Source of the DNA: Trichoplax sp. H2
Taxonomy: Eukaryota
Reading direction: 5' to 3'
Assembly (NCBI GenBank): GCA_003344405.1
Contig: NOWV01000194.1
Coordinates: forward strand, 62,001 to 126,000
Length of the DNA stretch: 64,000 bases
Shown here: one piece after another, positions 56,299-64,000 of the stretch
Layout: every line of letters starts with the position of its first letter
Numbering within the stretch: the first letter of the stretch is position 1
Translations under genes and position numbers: made by a program
The notes under the pieces: generated by a model
What the model saw: the letters and a program-made list of their open reading frames with translations, nothing else
What the model was told of the DNA's origin: nothing
Databases searched by the model: none

Positions 56299-56499
56299 AG
56301 ATAGAGAAGACCTGGACCAATCGCGAATCGCGCATACATTATTGCACAAATATATATAGAAAATTTCAGAGTCGTGACGATATATATATTTCTTTGCGCT
56401 CGCGCGGCGTATATATCCGATTTTTAGTGTTTCATTTTTTATTTCCTTTTATTATCTTTTTGTTATTATTTTTCACGGGGGTCCAGGTCTTCTCTATCT
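56299..56499. repeat. 201-nt fold-back bounded by a perfect 20-bp inverted repeat
   Basis: AGATAGAGAAGACCTGGACC (56299-56318) and GGTCCAGGTCTTCTCTATCT (56480-56499). Confidence 0.95.
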
Positions 56500-58675
56500 T
56501 ATTGACTATGCTGATTATTGCCTACCTATAGTTTATTTCACAAGTTTATAATATTATTCGAGTTATACTTGTATTTTGTGTATTTTTTACATTGATTTAT
56601 ACTAGATGTCGTGTCGACTTCTGCTAGTGTTATGTTAAGCTATGAGTTAGTATAAAGGCAATACTTATATAAACTTCTGCTACAAATAGATATCTCAAAA
56701 TCAGACAATCCAGGAAACGAGTACTACTGCTCTCGTACAGTCTTCCAATCATGATCTAAGCTATATATATTGGCTATGCTGATTATTGCCTACCTATAGT
56801 TTATTTCACAAGTTTATAATATTATTCGAGTTATACTTGTATTTTGTGCATTTTTTGTATGGATTTATACGAGGCGTCGCGTCGACTTCTGCTAGTATTA
56901 TTCTAAGCTATGAGTTAGTATAAGGGCAATACTTATGTAAACTTCTGCTACAAATAGATATCTCAAAATCAGACAATCCAGGAAACGAGTACTACTGCTC
57001 TCGTACAGTCTTATAATCATGATCCAAGCTATAGTTTATTTCACAAGTTTATAATATTATTCGAGTTATGCTTGTATTTTGTGTATTTTTTGCATTGATT
57101 TATACTAGATGTCGTGTCGACTTCTGCTAGTGTTATGTTAAGCAATGAGTTAGTATAAAGGTAATACTTATGTAAACTTCTGCTACAAATAGATATCTCA
57201 AAATCAGACAATCCAGGAAACGAGTACTACTGCTCTCGTACAGTCTTACAATCATGATCTAAGCTATATGTATTAACTATGCTGATTATTGCCTACCTAT
57301 AGTTTATTTCATAAGTTTATAATATTATTCGAGTTATACTTGTATTTTGTGTATTTTTGTATTGATTTATACTAGACGTCGCGTCGACTTCTGCTAGTGT
57401 TATTCTAGGCTATGAGTTAGTATAAGGGCAATACTTATGTAAACTTCTGCTACAAATAGATATCTCAAAATCAGACAATCCAGGAAACGAGTACTACTGC
57501 TCTCGTACAGTCTTATAATCATGATCCAAGCTATAGTTTATTTCACAAGTTTATAATATTATTCGAGTTATGCTTGTATTTTGTGTATTTTTTGCATTGA
57601 TTTATACTAGATGTCGTGTCGACTTCTGCTAGTGTTATGTTAAGCAATGAGTTAGTATAAAGGTAATACTTATATAAACTTCTGCTACAAATAGATATCT
57701 CAAAATCAGACAATCCAGGAAACGAGTACTACTGCTCTCGTACAGTCTTCCAATCATGATCTAAGCTATATATATTGGCTATGCTGATTATTGCCTACCT
57801 ATAGTTTATTTCACAAGTTTATAATATTATTCGAGTTATACTTGTATTTTGTGCATTTTTTGTATGGATTTATACGAGGCGTCGCGTCGACTTCTGCTAG
57901 TATTATTCTAAGCTATGAGTTAGTATAAGGGCAATACTTATGTAAACTTCTGCTACAAATAGATATCTCAAAATCAGACAATCCAGGAAACGAGTACTAC
58001 TGCTCTCGTACAGTCTTACAATCATGATCCAAGCTAAGCTGTAAACCTCTGCTACAAATAGATGCCTCAAAATCAGACAATCCAGGAAGCGAGTACTACT
58101 GCTCTCGTACAGTCTTATAATCATGATCCAAGCTATATGTATTAACTATGCTGATTATTGCCTACCTATAGTTTATTTCACAAGTTTATAATATTATTCG
58201 AGTTATACTTGTATTTTGTGTATTTTTTGCATTGATTTATACTAGACGTTGCGTCGACTTCTGCCAGTGTTATTCTAAGCTATGAGTTAGTATAAGGGCA
58301 ATACTTATGTAAACTTCTGCTACAAATAGATATCTCAAAATCAGATAATCCAGGAAACGAGTCTTTCTGCTCTCGTACAGTCTTATAATCATGATCCAAG
58401 CTATATGTATTGAATATGCTGATTATTGCCTACCTATAGTTTATTTCACAAGTTTATAATATTATTCGAATTATACTTGTATTTTGTGTATTTTTTGCAT
58501 TGATTTATACTAGACGTTGCGTTGACTTTTGCTAGTGTTATGCTAAGCTATAAGTTAGTATAAGGGCAATACTTATGTAAACTTCTGCTACAAATAAATA
58601 TCTTCAAAATCAGACAATCCAGGAAACGAGTACTACTGCTCTCGTACAGTCTTACAATCATGATCCAAGCTATAT
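56500..58675. repeat. Tandem array of ~8.4 near-identical ~270-bp units with a ~503-bp higher-order dimer
   Basis: Units start near 56500, 56769, 57030 (short), 57271, 57533 (short), 57774, 58036 (partial), 58141 and 58409. Shared caggaaacgagtactactgctctcgtacagtctt. Confidence 0.95.
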
Positions 58676-60602
58676 TTGGGGTTGCGCTACAATGATATAG
58701 AAAAATAATTAATGATCGTCGTTTGGTTAAGGATGTATCGAATTTTATAGATTTAGCAGCATTCTTAACTGAAATAGACCTGAGATATCGATTGAACGTT
58801 AAAGACAGCTATTTTGCAGGTTTTCGCTGATTTGTTACAACAGTCATTCGTATAGTTATCCAAATTTGGCAAATACATTGAGAAGAGCATACAAATCTAT
58901 TTTATTCCATCCCAGCTCTTGGTTTTTCTTCAAAACTAAAAATATGAATAATCAGTCTACTAAGATTATTCCTGATGAAGTCGAAACTCTTCACAAACAG
59001 GGTCAGAAATATCAAAATTATCGCTGTTACAAGTCAGCGCTTTATTATTATGAAAAAGTGATTACTCAAATAGAATCGATACCCCAAGGTAACTATGATG
59101 TTCATCAACTTAAATATCATGTTTATCTGGAAATGGCTGATTGTTATAGAGAATATAAACGGTTAAAAGCCCCAAAATGGGTTAGTGAAGCAGAGAAATT
59201 AGCTAAACAACTACAAGACGAAGCGAAGACTGCAATGTACTTGGATAGGCGGAGTAACATTAAACGACTTGATGGTGATTGTAAAGGCGCCTTGAAAGGT
59301 TTTAAAGATTCTCTTGATTTGAAATTGAAATCGTCAAGAGGCGAAAATATTGATGTTAGTAACTCCTGCAATAACATTGGCGTTATGTACACTAATCTAG
59401 GCAAGTACCGTGAGGCTTTAGACATGTATAAAAAATCATTGAAGAAGCGATCGAGAATTAAAGGCGAGAATGATGCAGGTGTTGCTACATTATATAACAA
59501 CATTGGTGGTGTCTATTATAACCAAGACAAGTATGATAAAGCTCTATTAATGCTTAAGAAATCACTCAAGGCTAGCTGGACAACATTTGGTAAAAATTAT
59601 CCGAGTATTGCTGCGACATATAACAACATTGCAAGTGTCTATCATAATCAAGGCAAGCATGATGACGCTCTATTAAAGTATAACATATCACTTAAGATTA
59701 TACAAGAACAACTTGGTGACAATCATCCGAATGCTGCTAAGTTATATGACAACATTGGGGGTGTTTATGATAATCAAGGCAAGTATGACGACGCTGTATC
59801 CATGTATAAGAAATCGCTCAAGATTCGGCTAGCAACAACTGGTAATAACCATCCGAGTACTACGCAATCCTACCGAAATATAGCAACAATCTATCGTAAG
59901 CAGTCTAACTACACTCAAGCTATCGAATTCTATCAAAAATCATTCGATAGTTTATGCTACCTCTACGGAGAAAATCATCCTCAAGTCGTCAAAGATAAAC
60001 AAATACTTGACCAATGTCGACTACTTAAAAGCAAGGCTAATACCTCATTATGGCAAGACTGCAGTAAGTCTGAATAGAATAGAATAACGATGACTTTACC
60101 CCTATTGCAAGTGATTAATACTATCCTCTTGTCCTCTTGCATAGTAACTTAATCGTTTAATATCGATTACAAACTAGTCATGATATAAATGCACACGATC
60201 AAATCATTTTTAACATTTCCTCTATAATTTTTAATATAGCATAGATTAATAAGCGCATGACTAACCCTAACGTCCTAAAATACTCAATGTAAATCTTTAC
60301 CAGTAACTGAACAGTCTATTTTCATCCGGTACAACGATTTGAACGAAATAGATAGAATTAAGTTTAAATTTACTTTGTTAATCGATTCTTAATAAGAAAT
60401 AAGAAAATGAAGTGTTAGCGTACACAACTTGGCATGGTTTTCCTTGAATAGCTCTATCTCGCAATAAGGTTGGAAATACAATAAGGCATCCAATTATAAT
60501 CACAACTAACAAATCAAATTCATTGAAATGCTTAGGCACTTTCCTATCGATATCATCGATGTAGTCAATAAACTAGTCAAAATGAATTATATTACAGTAT
60601 AT
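58406..60602 (+). repeat. Segmental duplicate of ~42113-44311 (TPR block)
   Basis: Colinear high identity in flanks, e.g. 60078-60600 vs 43788-44310. Confidence 0.95.
58944..60077 (+). CDS. TPR exon/ORF, copy 2
   Basis: Intact paralog of copy 1 with first ATG at 58944 and five 42-aa TPR repeats. A|GTAAGT donor at 60063/4. Confidence 0.92.
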   Translation: MNNQSTKIIPDEVETLHKQGQKYQNYRCYKSALYYYEKVITQIESIPQGNYDVHQLKYHVYLEMADCYREYKRLKAPKWVSEAEKLAKQLQDEAKTAMYLDRRSNIKRLDGDCKGALKGFKDSLDLKLKSSRGENIDVSNSCNNIGVMYTNLGKYREALDMYKKSLKKRSRIKGENDAGVATLYNNIGGVYYNQDKYDKALLMLKKSLKASWTTFGKNYPSIAATYNNIASVYHNQGKHDDALLKYNISLKIIQEQLGDNHPNAAKLYDNIGGVYDNQGKYDDAVSMYKKSLKIRLATTGNNHPSTTQSYRNIATIYRKQSNYTQAIEFYQKSFDSLCYLYGENHPQVVKDKQILDQCRLLKSKANTSLWQDCSKSE

Positions 60603-62622
60603 ACTAACATACAAGCGAAACTATAAATATTTTCATTTTGAAATTATCGTGCCCTCTTTATTTTACCCCGTATTTTAAGCAGTAGGAAAGCCATACATTT
60701 TAAGGGATTACTGTACATTGTACACTAGCATATTGAAATGCATTACAAGATAAACAATTTGCTTTTGATAATCATTTATCATTTCAAAAATAATATTTAT
60801 ACAGGTAAGAGAGAATCATTTCAGTAACTTTTCACGGCAGTTTCGTTTACTATCATAAGTACATTGCCCTAATGAATACAATACATCTAAGCAATCAGAG
60901 ATCATTGGTGGCAATTGATATAACACTTAACGCAGCAAAATAATTCAAATCTTCTCAAGCAATAAAGTCAACAGTTTTGCGTAAAATATTTCAAAACATA
61001 GTTTGTCCAGTTGAATCACCATTGATTTAGTTTTCAATTTACAGCTGCAAAGTTAAAAGCTGCCAATTAATTATTCTTCAACAAAATTGATGATGAGTTG
61101 TTCCTTAATCTTCATATTAAAGTTCCTGTAGTAATCAAGGTGAATTACATTCATGAAATAAATTGCATTCTTCTGCAGCCTATGTAAAAAAAATAAGCAG
61201 CTTACCAAAGAGGCTTGTGCTATTGCTTTACTTGAAATTCTCTGATTAATAATAATATAAGCGGAGCTCTTGATGGAATTAGCAGAAGCGATAATAAATA
61301 AGCAAAGTGCTTTAAATTTATTAGTCAAGACAAGATTAGCACTTCCATTGACAAGACAAATAACTTTCCATTAATTTCTTTTTGTACTTCAATATTATGT
61401 ATATCATTAACATAAAAACAAACCTAAGCAGTCGTAGTTCTTTATTATTAAAGCAAATAACTTGTACGAAATGTTACGCGTTGTTAGCATAGTAGACAGC
61501 AGTTATTTAAATAAAATTAGTACTAATGTAATATTGTACACAATTAAAGTTCTCTCTAACAACCGCATTATCTAATTATTTTGGTGTATTATGTTTATTT
61601 TGATAATATATTCACGCTTTCTTTATTTGTAGCTGAAGAATAAGTACAACAGCATTTGAAGTAGTGGTAGTCAATGTTAGAGTAATTTTATTTATAGACA
61701 ATGTAGGAAATGTTAATTGCGTAGCAGCCAACTCCGCTTACTTGATCGATCATTTCTTTCAAAACAATGTTAGAAAACTAACAATTCATTACATAGCGCA
61801 AAGATAAAGTCTTTTTGAATTGATATTGTAATAAATTAAAGCACAGTAGCGCTTAAGTAGAGATCAACAGCAAAATTACTTTTTGCGATGTTAATCATTA
61901 TTTAAAATACTTGAATCATCAACGGTAAAGCAGTCATTGCAATTGCTTCATAATTTGAAATAATAGCTTAGAAAAAATGGTTAACAACGAAAATCACTTA
62001 TTTAAAGCAACGTATTGGCTGTTATTAAATGACAATGATAAACAAATTGTATTTTGTTATTAAGGCTTTATACTCAAGAGAAATCAATGATTATTTTACT
62101 TCTAGATACAGAATCAAAACAATGCCATTCGATAAAAAGTACCAATGGTCAAGGTAAAGATAGCTTGTGAGCTAGTTTACAACACAGAAAGATCGCAATC
62201 AGAGTTGCATTTCAGAAATCATCTTGCTAATCTAGATTACTCAAGCTAATCTGCACTATCATTGTAACATTACAGATCCAAAGCATCACTTTTTCGAAAT
62301 TGCGTTCCATATAAGCTACGACTGGACTAAATTAGCTGCAGCATTAGATCCATTCATTGATGTTAGTAGCATCAAAACTGAAGAGAGTAAAATTTTTGAT
62401 CAAGCAAGGCTATTTCTCGATAAATGGTACTGTAAGAATACGCCAAATGTTAGTGTCGATCAATTACAGGTAGCTCTACAAAAAATAGGTAGAAATGATA
62501 TAATTTCTAGTTTAGGACATTTACTAAAGAATGACGAACGCACATACCTCAAGCGTTGCACTTGCAATAATTTTCTGTGGTATGATGAAAACGTTGTTTA
62601 CTATTTGTTAATTCTATTGTAA
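58944..62622 (+). CDS. Predicted spliced TPR-death domain protein, ~504 aa, lacking Roc-COR
   Basis: Exons 58944-60063, 62106-62153 and 62276-62622 join in frame (1515 nt, both introns phase 1, canonical sites retained). Confidence 0.6.
62276..62622 (+). CDS. Death-domain exon, copy 2, with a frameshift-altered, extended C-terminus
   Basis: DPKHHFFEIAFHISYDWTKLAAALD...LQVALQKIGRNDIISSLGHLLKNDERTYLKRCTCNNFLWYDENVVYYLLILL*. Absent from the ORF track because it has no start codon. Confidence 0.8.
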
Positions 62623-62735
62623 CTGAATCGCTGCATATATATCTACATACATGTATTCAAATCAGCTTAGCAATATTCACTTAAAATATATAAAATTGCT
62701 ATTATAACGAAGGGTATGAGTTATTGGTATGTTTT

Positions 62736-63200
62736 TGTAGTGTATTTAGAATATACTGTAACTATATTCTACTCTTAAATATAGACATGTTGTATTGATC
62801 TTATATTTACACACATCTACAGTCTGTTCGCTCTACATTCAAATATGGCTTACTACATTTAGTTATTACAGTCCTCGCTATTTTATACAATCATCTGCTA
62901 TTCTATAACCTTTTATGGTATATGTTGTATCTAATCCTACAATCATGTTCTCTGCATGTGTTCTAATGCCATAGCAATAAATACTTGCCGTTTTCTACCT
63001 TAGATTTGTTAAGTTGCATTATTAGTCACAGTTAGTATTCACACTTTACTCATGGCAGCTACCACGCTGACCTACCCTAATTATCACACTGTACCTAACT
63101 ACTATCTACAATAAAGTATCCTCTTTTCTTAAGCTCCTTGTGCAATTCTCTGCATGGCAACTAAAACCACATTATCTGACTCTTCGAACCCCCCATCACA
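62736..63200. mobile_element. Solo LTR (465 bp)
   Basis: TG...CA ends (TGTAGTG...CATCACA), 5-bp TSD GTTTT at 62731-62735 and 63201-63205, internal AATAAA. The paralogous site 52011-52015 has a single GTTTT (empty site). Confidence 0.92.
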
Positions 63201-64000
63201 GTTTTCACACTGTCTGTGTCTTTTTGCAGATATTAAATAATTCATGTATTACTGCACATAGTTTATTTTGAGGCTTTCAAGTTGTCATTTAATATAGAAG
63301 TGAGTTGCGCTATGGAATTGTCGTTAAAACTGCAGAGGGAAAATAGCAGGCGACCGCTATATTTAATCTAATGTACGATCTATATTTATTAGTTTCAAAT
63401 GTTAAACTGTGGATAATCCCCTTCACAGATACTCTGCAGTATTGTATCTATTTGCCAGATTTCTTAATTGATTACCGAAATTAGTTAATAAATTTGCTTT
63501 ATTCTTTTAATGGTAACGGATTACATTACAGGTTGTATGCTAGTAAAATTCTCATATTTTGTTTACACAATATTATTAACTATTCCTCTTCACATTGAAA
63601 ATTTTCAAGAAAATATAAATATTATAACAGAATAACTCTAAATCTTTGAATTTCAAGACCATAACAGCAAAAAGCTCGAGCTCGCTGATTTTACTTTGCT
63701 CAACGAACAGAATTCTATTCGTTATTGTCCAAAAGATAAATTAATTTATTAGATCTATGAGTTGTGTCATTAAAGCTTAATCACAGTCTATATTAGGAAT
63801 AGCTGGATAAGCCGCTTACGACAAGGTACTCATGTGTTTAGAAATACTCAAAATATTCATGCAATAAAATTTGTAAAATTTACATAATTTTTCTCAATAG
63901 TTAGCTGCTTACAATGGAGAAGCTTTTGTAAAAACAGAATCCGTATCGTAAAATCAGAATTATAATTTTGGCATTTCTGCAGTAGTACGGTTTACACCGA

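Larger units (their letters stand above)
53562..56499. mobile_element. Unclassified ~2.9-kb insertion (transposon or viral terminus fragment) with one ORF, iterons and a terminal inverted repeat
   Basis: Homology of ~53475-53560 to ~40000-40090 stops abruptly at ~53562, and the 270-bp array starts directly after 56499. Perfect 20-bp inverted repeat at 56299-56318/56480-56499. No transposase, TSD or matching left TIR seen. Confidence 0.6.
60605..64000 (+). repeat. Segmental duplicate of ~49905-52807 (introns, small exon, death-domain exon, 3' flank), continuing off the right edge
   Basis: agcgaaactataaatattttcattttgaa at ~60614 vs ~49914; window ends in tttacaccga = 52798-52807. Confidence 0.95.

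Noticed and set aside
57903..58124. ORFs in the tandem unit (also 42140-42367, 41298-41498)
   Set aside because: Translations of repeat DNA; frames are not maintained across units
56500..58675. CRISPR-like array
   Set aside because: Whole ~270-bp units are near-identical with no unique spacers; no cas genes; eukaryotic context

Overview
AT-rich, intron-rich eukaryotic DNA. Short introns, the gene content, and kinesin-light-chain-type TPR and Roco genes suggest a basal metazoan such as a placozoan (inference). The first ~17.8 kb has no convincing intact gene, only microsatellites, decayed tandem repeats and faint LRR/GPCR-like relics. Three conserved spliced genes follow: a TRPA1-like ankyrin channel (-, 17829-27688), CHMP6/VPS20 (-, 29713-32818) and RRN3 (+, 33779-38630). 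From ~39.6 kb to the end is a rearranged, duplicated, immune-like locus. The two apparently stand-alone TPR ORFs both end in a conserved phase-1 GTAAGT donor just before their stop. Copy 1 can be spliced in frame into a ~1550-aa TPR-death domain-Roc-COR-death domain protein (42651-51803). Copy 2 can be spliced into a ~504-aa TPR-death domain protein lacking Roc-COR (58944-62622). Coding sequence diverges faster than the flanking non-coding DNA, mostly by amino-acid changes. Between the copies lie a ~2.9 kb unclassified insertion and an ~8-unit ~270-bp tandem array. The insertion carries a DUF3102-like ORF, twin hairpins, ~18 TGTTCCACA iterons, ~70-bp repeats and a 200-nt terminal fold-back. 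A 465-bp solo LTR with a 5-bp TSD sits in copy 2 only. All gene models were assembled by eye and lack transcript support.
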